DNA of 45,432 bases from the NCBI GenBank assembly GCA_051715525.1, contig JBPXJX010000250.1, positions 1-45,432 on the forward strand, read 5' to 3'. Both the position numbers and the translations under genes were made by a program. This document shows, in pieces, positions 1 through 9,801 of this stretch (position 1 is its first letter; each line of letters opens with the position of its first letter). A model generated the notes under the pieces. That model did no database searches. It was not told the DNA's origin and saw only the letters and a program-made list of their open reading frames with translations. This stretch comes from Bacteroidales bacterium. GTDB taxonomy: Bacteria; Bacteroidota; Bacteroidia; Bacteroidales; Tenuifilaceae.

Positions 1-965
1 TGCTAGGCATTGGTCGCCCATCAACTTATGCTCCAACCATTTCTACAATTGTAACCCGTGGTTATGCCCTTAAAGAGGATCGCGAAGGTGTTGAACGAAA
101 ATATAAATATATCCTCCTTAAAGGGGGAAATATTACTCAACACGAAAAAGTTGAAAATACGGGTAGCGAAAAAGCAAAACTATTCCCTAGCGATATTGGT
201 ATTGTTGTAAACGATTTTTTAATCGAGTATTTTAAAAATATCCTCAGCTTTAACTTTACCGCTACAGTTGAGAAAGAGTTCGACGATATTGCCGAAGGCA
301 AAATTGAATGGACAAAAATGATCGACCAATTCTATAAACCTTTCCATAAAGATGTTGAAAAAACACTTGTTGAGTCTGATTATAGTAAAGGGCAAAGAGA
401 ACTTGGTGTCGATCCAAAATCAGGGAAACCTGTAACTGTCCGAATTGGCCGATTTGGTCCAATAGCTCAAATTGGTGAGAATAATCCCGAAAAAAATGTT
501 AAAGCGCAATTTGCTAGCTTACTTAAAGGTCAGCTTATTGAAACCATTACCCTTGAGGAAGCCCTAAAACTATTTGATCTTCCACGCAATTTAGGCCTTT
601 ACGAAGAAAAAGATGTAGTTATTGGAATCGGTCGATTTGGTCCATACGTTCGCCATGCTTCAAAATTTTTCTCTCTAAAAAAAGAGGATAACCCAATTAC
701 CATTACTATTGAACGAGCAATTGAAATTATTGAAGAGGGTCGCAAGAAAGAGCGTGAAAAAATAATAAAAGTTTTTGAAGAGGATACAACCCTTCAACTC
801 TTAAATGGACGATGGGGTGCTTACATATATTATAAGGGCGATAACTTTAAACTTCCAAAGGGATCCGATGCTCAAAAGTTAACCTATGCCGACTGTATTA
901 AAATTGTAAGCAGCCAAAACCCAACCAATAAAAAGAAAAAAAATCAAGGAAAAGCAAAGAAATGA
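1..965 (+). CDS. topA: DNA topoisomerase I, C-terminal part (5' end outside window)
   Basis: The reading frame is open from position 3 and translates LGIGRPSTYAPTISTIVTRGY, the conserved type IA topoisomerase motif. It continues into the listed ORF 318-965, which has repeated RIGRFGPY-type C-terminal modules and a lysine-rich tail. Confidence 0.9.
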   Translation, partial: LGIGRPSTYAPTISTIVTRGYALKEDREGVERKYKYILLKGGNITQHEKVENTGSEKAKLFPSDIGIVVNDFLIEYFKNILSFNFTATVEKEFDDIAEGKIEWTKMIDQFYKPFHKDVEKTLVESDYSKGQRELGVDPKSGKPVTVRIGRFGPIAQIGENNPEKNVKAQFASLLKGQLIETITLEEALKLFDLPRNLGLYEEKDVVIGIGRFGPYVRHASKFFSLKKEDNPITITIERAIEIIEEGRKKEREKIIKVFEEDTTLQLLNGRWGAYIYYKGDNFKLPKGSDAQKLTYADCIKIVSSQNPTNKKKKNQGKAKK

Positions 966-2119
966 ATCCGGCCGATTATCTTGACCCATCCGATGCGATT
1001 CCAAAAATTGGTGGAGTTAGTAGAAACGCATCTACTCTTTTAAATACAACCTTTTATAAACACGGAAAAGGCTTTCCGTCAATAGATAGTGGCGATTTGG
1101 TTGTTGTAGGTTTTCCTGAAAGCAGAAACTCTTCGAATAAAAACGCATCAAAATCTCCTGATTTGATTCGTGAGTTTTTTTACAGTCTTTCTTGCTTTCC
1201 CCAAAAAACAAAGATTATTGATGCCGGAAACCTCAAATCTACAAAAACACCTAAGGATACTTACTCCGCAATTAAAGATTTAACAAGCTACTTTTTAACA
1301 AAGGGAGCAAATATTATTGTACTCGGAGGTACACAAGAGGTGTCGTACCCCATATACCAAGGTATAAAGACACATCGATCGGGGATTTGCGCTTCGTTTG
1401 TTGACTCTCGCATAGATATGGACGATAGCGAAGGTGAATTCTGCTCAACAGGTTATATAAAACATTTCATCGATGAGCCTCTCGAAAATCTATTCAACCT
1501 TAGTATAATAGGATACCAGGGATATCTTTGCAACCTCGCAGCAATCGATACTCTAAGTAAAAAAAACCATGAATTGCTCCGTTTAGGTTTTGTAAGAGGT
1601 AACTATCGTGAAACAGAGCCTACCTTTAGGGATTCCGATTTAGTTAGCTTTGATATTGGTGCCATTAGGAACTCTGATTGCCCTGGTAATTTTTTCCCAT
1701 CACCAAACGGGTTATATGCCGAAGAAGCCTGTCAACTTGCTCGATATGCTGGCCTTAGCGATAGAACCTGCTGCTTTGGCGTTTTTGAATTGAATACAGA
1801 GAATAATCCTCAAGGGGCTCATTTATCGGCACAATTAGTTTGGCATTTTATCGATGCTTATTTACAACGCAAATTCGAAAAGCCGAACACGAAAGGTGAT
1901 TTCAAAAAATTTATTGTTGAAGGTACTCCACCGCACCTCGAATTAGTTTTCTACAAAAGTGATAACTCTGATAGCTGGTGGCTAGAAGTGCCATCTAGCC
2001 TAGAAAATGTTTTTCCAGATAAAAAATCAATTGTGGCCTGTTCACATGCTGATTATATAGCAGCAAGCAAACATGAACTCCCAGATAAGTGGCTAAGAAT
2101 CTATAATAAAATCAATTAG
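962..2119 (+). CDS. Arginase/formiminoglutamase-fold protein, probably catalytically degenerate
   Basis: The ATGA overlap with the topA stop suggests co-transcription. The layout resembles the ureohydrolase fold (VVVGFPESRN..., VLGGTQEVSYP, FVDSRIDMDD, VSFDIGAIRNSDCPG, SPNGL, FELNTENNP), but positions that normally hold Mn ligands appear substituted. Confidence 0.55.
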   Translation: MNPADYLDPSDAIPKIGGVSRNASTLLNTTFYKHGKGFPSIDSGDLVVVGFPESRNSSNKNASKSPDLIREFFYSLSCFPQKTKIIDAGNLKSTKTPKDTYSAIKDLTSYFLTKGANIIVLGGTQEVSYPIYQGIKTHRSGICASFVDSRIDMDDSEGEFCSTGYIKHFIDEPLENLFNLSIIGYQGYLCNLAAIDTLSKKNHELLRLGFVRGNYRETEPTFRDSDLVSFDIGAIRNSDCPGNFFPSPNGLYAEEACQLARYAGLSDRTCCFGVFELNTENNPQGAHLSAQLVWHFIDAYLQRKFEKPNTKGDFKKFIVEGTPPHLELVFYKSDNSDSWWLEVPSSLENVFPDKKSIVACSHADYIAASKHELPDKWLRIYNKIN

Positions 2120-2328
2120 GCTACTTAATTAAATCTCAAAAATTGTTTTTTTTTCTTATTTTTCATAAATTTTAGTGAATAACCCTAACTTTTTATTTTG
2201 TTTAAATGTATAAGTTCATACTTTTTAATTCTTTTATCAACACATTATTGTTAATAAAATTTGTAAGGAATTAATATTTTTATTTACTTTACCTTTCGGT
2301 TGAACCATATTTAGTGAGGTATAATAAC

Positions 2329-3270
2329 ATGCGATTAAAGAAACCCTTTTTAATGCTTATATCAGTGGTTTTATTGTCTTCTGCTAATGCGCAGCAAGAT
2401 CCTCAGTACTCGCAAGTTATGTTCAACCAGAACACCATTAACCCTGGTGCTGCTGGTAGCAGCGAAATGATTTCAGCTAGTTTAATTAACAGAATTCAAT
2501 GGGTAGGATTTAATGGTGCTCCTCAAACAAATGCACTAAACGTAAATTCTGCAATTTCCCCTTTTGGCTTCAAAAGCGGAGCAGGTGTTAATATTTTTAC
2601 CGATAACTACGGATTTAATAAGGACTTAGGAGTTAATTTATCCTATGCAGCACGTTTAAAAACAGGAAAAGGAACCCTCGGGATTGGAATTGGGGGTGGA
2701 TTCATAAGCAAAAACATTGACCCAACATGGAATCCCTCCGGAGGAGCTAACCTTGACAATGCAATTCCTGAAAAAAAAGAAAGCAGTTTAAACTTAGATC
2801 TTGGAGCCGGACTATACTACAATACCGAAAGTATGTATTTTGGTTTATCGGTTGCGCATCTTAACGGAACAAAAATGAATAGTGCAACAAATTCAGCTCA
2901 CTATAAGCGCCAATTTTACTTAACCGGTGGGTATATCCTTAATATGCCAAATCCAGCATGGCAATTCAACCCCTCGGTTTATGCTGTTTCTGATCTGTTT
3001 TTGTCACAAATTTCATTATCTGCTAATGTTAAATACAATAAAAAATTCTGGGGCGGCGTTTCTTATCGTATGGGTCGATTAGGAGATGCAATAACTGGAA
3101 TGGTTGGAATTGAACTTTTTAATGGATTAAAAATTGGTTACGCATACGAATTTTCGTTACGCGAAATCAGTGGCTATAATGATGGCTCTCACGAATTTAT
3201 GCTTGGTTACACCTTCTCTTTAAAGAAGGAACGACCACCTCAACAATACAAAAGCATAAGATTTTTGTAA
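2329..3270 (+). CDS. PorP/SprF-family T9SS outer-membrane protein
   Basis: Signal peptide MRLKKPFLMLISVVLLSSANAQ followed by QDPQYSQVMFNQNTINPGAAG, the typical PorP/SprF N-terminus, and a beta-barrel-like C-terminus ending in IRFL. It sits directly upstream of gldK as in known porP-porKLMN operons. The ATG at 2329 is preferred over the GTG at 2314. Confidence 0.85.
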   Translation: MRLKKPFLMLISVVLLSSANAQQDPQYSQVMFNQNTINPGAAGSSEMISASLINRIQWVGFNGAPQTNALNVNSAISPFGFKSGAGVNIFTDNYGFNKDLGVNLSYAARLKTGKGTLGIGIGGGFISKNIDPTWNPSGGANLDNAIPEKKESSLNLDLGAGLYYNTESMYFGLSVAHLNGTKMNSATNSAHYKRQFYLTGGYILNMPNPAWQFNPSVYAVSDLFLSQISLSANVKYNKKFWGGVSYRMGRLGDAITGMVGIELFNGLKIGYAYEFSLREISGYNDGSHEFMLGYTFSLKKERPPQQYKSIRFL

Positions 3271-3327
3271 GCCATTTAAAACTGAATTCAAAAAAAATTA
3301 CGTTATTTGCTAAATAAATGGAGTGTT

Positions 3328-4665
3328 ATGAAAAAGCTTCTTATTTTTAGTTTTGTAATAGCCCTGCTGAATAGTTGCAGCGGTCCTGGTGGTCAAGGGG
3401 GAGAACTTGTAGGCGTACAAGGAAGGAGAAGTTACGCTGAACCTAACCCGTATGGTATGGTTTTCGTTCCCATGGGATCATTCAACTTGGGGGGTAACGA
3501 TCAAGACGTATCTTGGGCGATAAACGCTCCAACAAAAACCATCTCTGTTGATGCTTTTTGGATTGATCAAACTGAAATTTCCAACAATCAGTATCGCCAA
3601 TTTGTATTTTATGTGCGCGATTCAATTGCACGAAGAAAACTAGCTGAGCAAAACGATGAGTTTGCCATTGCTGAAGATCAATTTGGAAATCCAATTGATC
3701 CTCCAACCCTTAACTGGGAAGTTCCTATTGATGAAACAGATGAAGGCCAAGCTGAAATCTTAAAAGAAATGTATTATACCAAGGAAGAAAGTTTTTACAA
3801 CCGTAAGGAAGTAGATACCCGAAAACTTGATTATGAATATTTCTGGATTGATTTAAAGCAAGCTGCATTAAAACGTAACCGCTATAATTTCGAAACCCAA
3901 AGTTACGACCAAGGTGAAGTTATTAATAATATGGGGGTTCCCGTTAAGGTTACCGATCGTTCATCCTTTATCATCCGCGATAAGGTTAACGTATATCCTG
4001 ACACCCTTTGCTGGATTAGCGATTTTACTTACGCTTTTAACGAGCCCTATTCAACTACATATTTCTGGCATCCTTCATACGATAACTATCCTGTTGTAGG
4101 TGTATCATGGAAACAGGCATCGGCATTTTGTATATGGAGATCTCAAATGTTCAATAAATATATGAATTCTCAAGGATTACCAGGATCTCACGATTATCGT
4201 TTACCTACTGAAGCTGAATGGGAGTACGCTGCACGTGGAGGTTTAGATCATAGCATGTACCCTTGGGGAGGCCCTTATACTCGAAATGCCGAAGGATGTT
4301 TCTTGGCTAACTTCAAACCTCTTCGTGGTAATTTAGTTGACGATGGTGGTTTTATTACTCTTCCTGTTGGTTCTTTTGATCCTAACGATTTTGGTATATA
4401 CGATATGGCTGGTAATGTCGCTGAATGGACAGCAAATGCATTTGATGAAAGCGCTTATGCCTTTACTCATGACATGAACCCAGATTATAAGTATAATGCT
4501 AAACCAAACGATCCTCCAGCACTAAAACGAAAAGTTATTCGTGGTGGCTCGTGGAAGGACATTGGTTATTTCTTGCAGGTTGGAACTCGTTCATTTGAAT
4601 ATCAAGACACTACAAAATCATACATTGGATTTAGATGTGTTAAAACATATTTAGGCGGTAAATAA
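3328..4665 (+). CDS. gldK: Gliding motility/T9SS lipoprotein GldK (PorK), FGE/SUMF1-fold
   Basis: Lipoprotein signal MKKLLIFSFVIALLNSC. Sulfatase-modifying-factor-like motifs are present: VGVSWKQASAFC, RLPTEAEWEYAARGG, GNVAEWT, RGGSWKD, GFRCV. The gene is first in the KLMN order. The ATG at 3328 is preferred over the TTG at 3307. Confidence 0.92.
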   Translation: MKKLLIFSFVIALLNSCSGPGGQGGELVGVQGRRSYAEPNPYGMVFVPMGSFNLGGNDQDVSWAINAPTKTISVDAFWIDQTEISNNQYRQFVFYVRDSIARRKLAEQNDEFAIAEDQFGNPIDPPTLNWEVPIDETDEGQAEILKEMYYTKEESFYNRKEVDTRKLDYEYFWIDLKQAALKRNRYNFETQSYDQGEVINNMGVPVKVTDRSSFIIRDKVNVYPDTLCWISDFTYAFNEPYSTTYFWHPSYDNYPVVGVSWKQASAFCIWRSQMFNKYMNSQGLPGSHDYRLPTEAEWEYAARGGLDHSMYPWGGPYTRNAEGCFLANFKPLRGNLVDDGGFITLPVGSFDPNDFGIYDMAGNVAEWTANAFDESAYAFTHDMNPDYKYNAKPNDPPALKRKVIRGGSWKDIGYFLQVGTRSFEYQDTTKSYIGFRCVKTYLGGK

Positions 4666-4709
4666 AATATATGCACAATTGTGCAATAATAATTTAATAT
4701 TTAAACACC

Positions 4710-5930
4710 ATGGGATTTAATATTTCTGAAATAGTCCAAGGATCTGGTTGGAAAAACTTTATGAAGTATCTTTATGGTTGGGGTGCTTCAATTGTAATTC
4801 TTGGTGCTCTCTTTAAAATCCTTCACCTACCAGGTGCTACCATCATGCTTATGTTTGGTATGGGTATTGAAGCGATAATCTTCTTTTTCTCGGCTTTTGA
4901 GCCTATTCATGAAGAGGTTGATTGGACACTAGTATACCCCGAACTAGCTGGCATGTCGGATGAAGAAGAGCTACGCAAATATAGGAGCGACAGCAAACAT
5001 GGTGGACCTCTTGATGCCGATGCAATAAAAGAGATAATTACAAGTGTTGTTGCAACTGGTGGTGCAGGCGCATCAGTACAAGGAGTCTCCTCAACAGGAG
5101 CAGGATCTCAAGCTCAACAAGTAGCTACTGTGGGTGCAAATATGTCTGGAGCTCTTGTATTTACTGAGAAGTTTAACAAAATGCTTGAAAGTGCTGAAAT
5201 TGGTCCCGAGCTATTTGAAAAAGTTGGTCGTGGATTGAATAAATTAGGCGACACATCAGCAAAACTTGCGGATATTTCAAATGCTGCTGCGGCAACAAAT
5301 GAATATACCGAAAAAATGAAGAAAGCATCCGAATCTGTTGGAACATTCACAGATACCTATTCAAAATCGGGTCAAGTTCTTACTGAATCAATCAATATTC
5401 TTTCAGAAAATTATCAAAAAACCGCTGGAATTGTTGCAGAAAGCGGTCAAGATTTTATGAGCGGTGTAAGTAAATCAGTTACCAATCTTCAAGATCAACT
5501 TACAAAGGCTGGCGAAAATGTGAGCAACAGAATTACTGAATCTGGTAGTAAAGTAGCATCTGAAATAAGTACTGCAGCAAGCGGCTTAACAACAACCTAT
5601 CAGCAACTTTCAGATGCAATGAAAGTAAATGGTAATTTAATTAGTGAAGGTAGTGGTGGTTACAAGGAACAACTTGAACGCCTAAATAAAAATATGTCTG
5701 CCTTAAATGCAGCTCACGAGCTCCATTTACAAGAAACCAACCAACGTTTAAAAGAAGCTGAAAAAGTATACTCTGGTGTTGATGGAATGATGAAGCAAAT
5801 TAACACGACTGTTTCTGAAACTGAAAAATTTGCTAAATCTATTGAATTGTTGAATAAGAATATATCAGCATTAAACTCTGTTTATGGAAATATGCTATCG
5901 GCGATGAACGTAATGTCGAATGGCAAATAA
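4710..5930 (+). CDS. gldL: Gliding motility/T9SS inner-membrane motor protein GldL (PorL), long form
   Basis: Two N-terminal TM helices (GWGASIVILGALFKILHLPGATIMLMFGMGIEAIIFFFSAFEP) followed by a cytoplasmic tail. Its position between gldK and gldM supports the call. Confidence 0.88.
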   Translation: MGFNISEIVQGSGWKNFMKYLYGWGASIVILGALFKILHLPGATIMLMFGMGIEAIIFFFSAFEPIHEEVDWTLVYPELAGMSDEEELRKYRSDSKHGGPLDADAIKEIITSVVATGGAGASVQGVSSTGAGSQAQQVATVGANMSGALVFTEKFNKMLESAEIGPELFEKVGRGLNKLGDTSAKLADISNAAAATNEYTEKMKKASESVGTFTDTYSKSGQVLTESINILSENYQKTAGIVAESGQDFMSGVSKSVTNLQDQLTKAGENVSNRITESGSKVASEISTAASGLTTTYQQLSDAMKVNGNLISEGSGGYKEQLERLNKNMSALNAAHELHLQETNQRLKEAEKVYSGVDGMMKQINTTVSETEKFAKSIELLNKNISALNSVYGNMLSAMNVMSNGK

Positions 5931-5951
5931 TATACTTTAGACTAAAGGTCA

Positions 5952-7586
5952 ATGGCTCACGGCAAAGAAACCCCCAGGCAAAAAATGATCGGCATGATGT
6001 ACCTCGTGCTGACTGCAATGCTTGCATTAAACGTATCGACCGAGGTATTGGACGCCTTTGTTCTTGTAGATAATGGCTTATCGAGAACAACTAGCAATTA
6101 CCAAGTAAAGAACGAGAAACTTTATACACAATTTGGTAATGCATATGAATTAAATAAAGTAAAGGTTGGTCCTTGGAAAAATAAATCCGATGAGATAAAA
6201 AAATCAGCTCAAGATATTTTGACATACGTTCAAGGCCTTAAAAAAGAGATCGTTACCGCATCGGAAGGTCCCGAAACGCCTGCGATTAAAGGAGATGAGG
6301 TTCTTTGTGAATTTGTTCAAAACAAGAGTGATACTGAAATTTCTGCAAATATTCTTATGGGTTTAGAGGGAAATGGTAAGGGTATTGAACTAAAAAAGAA
6401 ACTCGAAAAGTTTCGTGAATATTTAATTAGCATTATTGATAACCAAAAGGCACCACAACTCGTTGAGTCGATTCGAAACATCCTCAACACTGATGCACCA
6501 AAACCCAAAGAGGATGGTACTGTACAATCATGGGAAAGTTCTCGGTTTGAACATATTCCTCTCATAGCGGTTATTCCACAGCTTACAAAAGTACAAGTTG
6601 ATGTTCTCAACTGCGAAGCAGAGGTTATTAACTACCTACTACAACAGGTTGGTGCTAATGATTTTAAATTCAACGTTCTACAAGCAACAGTAATTCCACA
6701 ATCGACTTACGTAATACAAGGTAACGATTTTAAAGCTCAGGTTTTCCTTGCTGCATCAGATACAACGCAGCAGCCTAAAATTTTAATCTGTAATTACGAT
6801 TCAACTTTCAGCAAAGAAAATGGGGAGTATTTTTACAACCCTAGAAACGTAGAAAGAGAGCTTCCGGTTTCAAAATCTGGAAAGGGATTATACTCTGTTA
6901 AAGGAGTTAAAATTGGAAAAAATTATTGGTCGGGGTTAATTGAAATGACAGCCCCTGATGGTTCTGTAACCCGCAAACCATTTAAGAATACTTTTGAAGT
7001 TGCACAACCAAGCGTAGTTATTTCTCCATCCAAAATGAACGTATTCTATTATGGGGTTGACAATCCTGTAGAAATTTCAATTCCTGGAATCTCTATGGAT
7101 AAAATTACTCCTGCAATTAGTAAAGGTAAAATCATATCTACTGGAAATGGATTTATAGTTCAGCCTGAAGCTGGTACAGCAACTTGCGATATTACCGTTT
7201 TTGCAATGGTTGATGGTCAAAAACGGAATATGGGCAGCAAACCATTCCGTATTAAACAAGTACCTGCCCCAATTGCAAAAGTTGGCGGTATAACTGGTAA
7301 AACAGTTGCAAAAAATGAGTTGGCAGCGTCATTAGGCGTTATTGCCGAAATGCCGAAGGATTTTGATTTCGACATGAAATTTAGGGTTACTGAGTTTACA
7401 CTAGCAGCAACTATTAGAGGATTTAACCAAGAAGAGTCATCAAAAAGCCAGGCGTTCACTGAGGGTCAAAAGCGGATTTTGAATAACGTTCAATCTGGAA
7501 GTGTAGTAAGTATAATAAATATCAAAGCGGTTGGACCAAAGGGTGATCCTAGAGAACTAAACGATTTAGTAATTAAGATTAAATAA
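5952..7586 (+). CDS. gldM: Gliding motility/T9SS protein GldM (PorM)
   Basis: The N-terminus GKETPRQKMIGMMYLVLTAMLALNVS matches the conserved GldM signature with a single TM helix. The rest is a long periplasmic region. Operon position supports the call. Confidence 0.92.
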   Translation: MAHGKETPRQKMIGMMYLVLTAMLALNVSTEVLDAFVLVDNGLSRTTSNYQVKNEKLYTQFGNAYELNKVKVGPWKNKSDEIKKSAQDILTYVQGLKKEIVTASEGPETPAIKGDEVLCEFVQNKSDTEISANILMGLEGNGKGIELKKKLEKFREYLISIIDNQKAPQLVESIRNILNTDAPKPKEDGTVQSWESSRFEHIPLIAVIPQLTKVQVDVLNCEAEVINYLLQQVGANDFKFNVLQATVIPQSTYVIQGNDFKAQVFLAASDTTQQPKILICNYDSTFSKENGEYFYNPRNVERELPVSKSGKGLYSVKGVKIGKNYWSGLIEMTAPDGSVTRKPFKNTFEVAQPSVVISPSKMNVFYYGVDNPVEISIPGISMDKITPAISKGKIISTGNGFIVQPEAGTATCDITVFAMVDGQKRNMGSKPFRIKQVPAPIAKVGGITGKTVAKNELAASLGVIAEMPKDFDFDMKFRVTEFTLAATIRGFNQEESSKSQAFTEGQKRILNNVQSGSVVSIINIKAVGPKGDPRELNDLVIKIK

Positions 7587-7598
7587 TTGATACGACAT

Positions 7599-8486
7599 AT
7601 GAAACGAGTATTGATTTTATTAACAGGAGTAGCATTATTGCTTCAATCCTTTAGCATTTCAGCGCAAGACCAAAAGAAAGAGTCATTGGTTTTGGATGGT
7701 ATCTATGTTCGTGAGGCTGTACCGCAACGTACTCCTGTTCCCTACCCATATCTCAGAGAGGCAGATATGATGTACACAAAGAGAGTATGGCGTATAATTG
7801 ACTTAAGAGAAAAGTTAAATCACCCTTTATACTACCCAACTCAAAGAATGCAAGATAGGATTAGTTTTGTACAAAGGCTTGTTGATGCTATTAAGTATAA
7901 TGAGATTAGTGCGTACGATCCAGTTCCAGATGATGAGTTTACAACTCTACTATCTTACAATCAGGTTCTCCAAAATATGGATGCTCTTGATAAATCAAAA
8001 ACTCAGCAAAGTTTAACTACTGGGTTAGATACAACCGTAACAGTAAAAGGTGAAATACGTTGGAACGAAGTTAAGGAGTTGCTTGTTAAAGAGGAGTGGT
8101 TTTTCAATAAGCAATACTCAACAATGCAAGTAAGAATTATTGGAATATGCCCAATTCGTCACTTCTATAGAACATTACAAACGGGTAGCGAGGATGAAGT
8201 TGGAGGAGAATTACAACGCCAACCCTTGTTTTGGATTGATTTCCGTGAAGCTCGAAAAGTCCTTGCTAATACAGCCGTTTTCAACGATTTTAACGATGCA
8301 CAAAGAATTACCTTCGACGATTTATTTTTTAAACGTAGGTTCAGCTCATATATTACTCAAGAAACAAACGTATACAACAATCGTCTAATTAGTTCTTATA
8401 CATATGGAGGTGTTCCTAATATGCAAGAATCGGAAAGGATAAAGTATGATTTATTCACTATTGAGCATGATCTTTGGGAGTACTAG
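7599..8486 (+). CDS. gldN: Gliding motility/T9SS periplasmic ring protein GldN (PorN)
   Basis: Signal peptide MKRVLILLTGVALLLQSFSISAQ. This is the last gene of the KLMN order, starting 12 nt after the gldM stop. The ATG at 7599 is preferred over the TTG at 7587. Confidence 0.85.
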   Translation: MKRVLILLTGVALLLQSFSISAQDQKKESLVLDGIYVREAVPQRTPVPYPYLREADMMYTKRVWRIIDLREKLNHPLYYPTQRMQDRISFVQRLVDAIKYNEISAYDPVPDDEFTTLLSYNQVLQNMDALDKSKTQQSLTTGLDTTVTVKGEIRWNEVKELLVKEEWFFNKQYSTMQVRIIGICPIRHFYRTLQTGSEDEVGGELQRQPLFWIDFREARKVLANTAVFNDFNDAQRITFDDLFFKRRFSSYITQETNVYNNRLISSYTYGGVPNMQESERIKYDLFTIEHDLWEY

Positions 8487-8500
8487 AAAAGTAATACTAC

Positions 8501-8530
8501 AAAAAAGGCTGCAAGTTGCAGCCTTTTTTA
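8501..8530. terminator. Bidirectional intrinsic terminator between gldN (+) and the manC-like gene (-)
   Basis: aaaaaaGGCTGCAagtTGCAGCCtttttta is a perfect 7-bp stem flanked by an A-run and a T-run, lying between convergent genes. Confidence 0.8.
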
Positions 8531-8547
8531 TTTTACCAAATAAATAT

Positions 8548-9639
8548 TTACGTGTATTTTTCTCCTTTTTCCATCAATACATCATTTACAAAGTTTTTAA
8601 TTTCCTGCTCATCACTTTTTCGACAAACAAGTAGGATATCATTCGATTCAACAACAATATAGTCCTCCAAACCCTGAAGAATTACTAGCTTGTTATCAGG
8701 AACATTCACAATTGAATTTGATGATTTATAAAGCATTACATTCTTTCCAATTACAGCGTTATGGTTAGAATCTTTATTCAAATGAGTATAAAGAGACCCC
8801 CATGTACCAAGATCTGACCAGCCAAACTCGGAACAAATAACATAAACATTTTCGGCCTTCTCCATAACCCCATAATCAATTGAAACGTTACGACATTCAG
8901 AGTATGCTTGATCAACTGATTTTTTCTCATTTGATGAGTTAAAATGTGCTGAAGCATCTTTAAAAATGGCATCCACCTCGGGTAAGTGCTTTTCAAAAGC
9001 AACTGAAATTGATTTAAGAGACCAAATAAAGATTCCTGAATTCCAAAAGAATTCTCCGCTCTCCATAAAAACCTTTGCTAATTCCAAATTTGGCTTTTCA
9101 GTAAAGGTTTTAACCTTTTTAAGATTAGGATTCTGCTTTTCAACTGTTGCGCCAACTTGAATATATCCATATCCTGTTTCAGGTCGGCTAGGCTTAATCC
9201 CGAGTGTAAGAAGAGCATCATTCTTTGATGTAAAAGAAACTGCCTCGTTAATATTTTCAATAAACTTATCTTCATTAAGGATTAAATGATCGCTTGGAGC
9301 AACAACAACAATCGCATTAGGATTCTTTTGTTTAATCTTATAATTTGCAAATGATATGCAAGGAGCGGTATTCCGCCTCATGGGTTCGAGTAAAACTTGC
9401 TCTGAAGTTACTTCAGGAAGCTGCTCAAGAACAATATCTCTATATACTTGGCTTGTTACAATTAATATATTCTCAGAAGGGCAAATTCTATTCATTCGCG
9501 AAAATGTTTGTTGTAATAACGTTTTACCTGTGCCAAGAATATCAATAAACTGCTTTGGTTTTGATGTGCGACTTAATGGCCAAAATCTACTTCCAATGCC
9601 ACCTGCCATTATTACACAGTATATGTCTTTAGAATCCAT
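8548..9639 (-). CDS. Mannose-1-phosphate guanylyltransferase-like nucleotidyltransferase
   Basis: The N-terminus VIMAGGIGSRFWPLSRTSKPKQF is the sugar-nucleotidyltransferase signature of ManC-type enzymes. The ATG at 9639 (MDSKD...) is preferred over the GTG at 9651. Confidence 0.8.
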   Translation of the reverse strand: MDSKDIYCVIMAGGIGSRFWPLSRTSKPKQFIDILGTGKTLLQQTFSRMNRICPSENILIVTSQVYRDIVLEQLPEVTSEQVLLEPMRRNTAPCISFANYKIKQKNPNAIVVVAPSDHLILNEDKFIENINEAVSFTSKNDALLTLGIKPSRPETGYGYIQVGATVEKQNPNLKKVKTFTEKPNLELAKVFMESGEFFWNSGIFIWSLKSISVAFEKHLPEVDAIFKDASAHFNSSNEKKSVDQAYSECRNVSIDYGVMEKAENVYVICSEFGWSDLGTWGSLYTHLNKDSNHNAVIGKNVMLYKSSNSIVNVPDNKLVILQGLEDYIVVESNDILLVCRKSDEQEIKNFVNDVLMEKGEKYT

Positions 9640-9663
9640 TTTATAAAACACTTAGAATTTTCA

Positions 9664-9671
9664 CAAATGTA
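9664..9671 (-). promoter_or_regulatory. Candidate Bacteroidota -7 promoter element (TAnnTTTG) for the manC-like gene
   Basis: The plus strand reads CAAATGTA, which is TACATTTG on the minus strand, 13-25 nt upstream of the candidate start codons. Confidence 0.35.
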
Positions 9672-9801
9672 GTAAACAAATTTGGGTTATGATTCTTTTA
9701 CATTTTTTAATCCTTTAATGATGATTAACACACACGTTTAGCTATATTTTGATTCTTTTCGTTTCGACAATATAAAAAACTAGAGTACCTTTGATGCTAT
9801 T

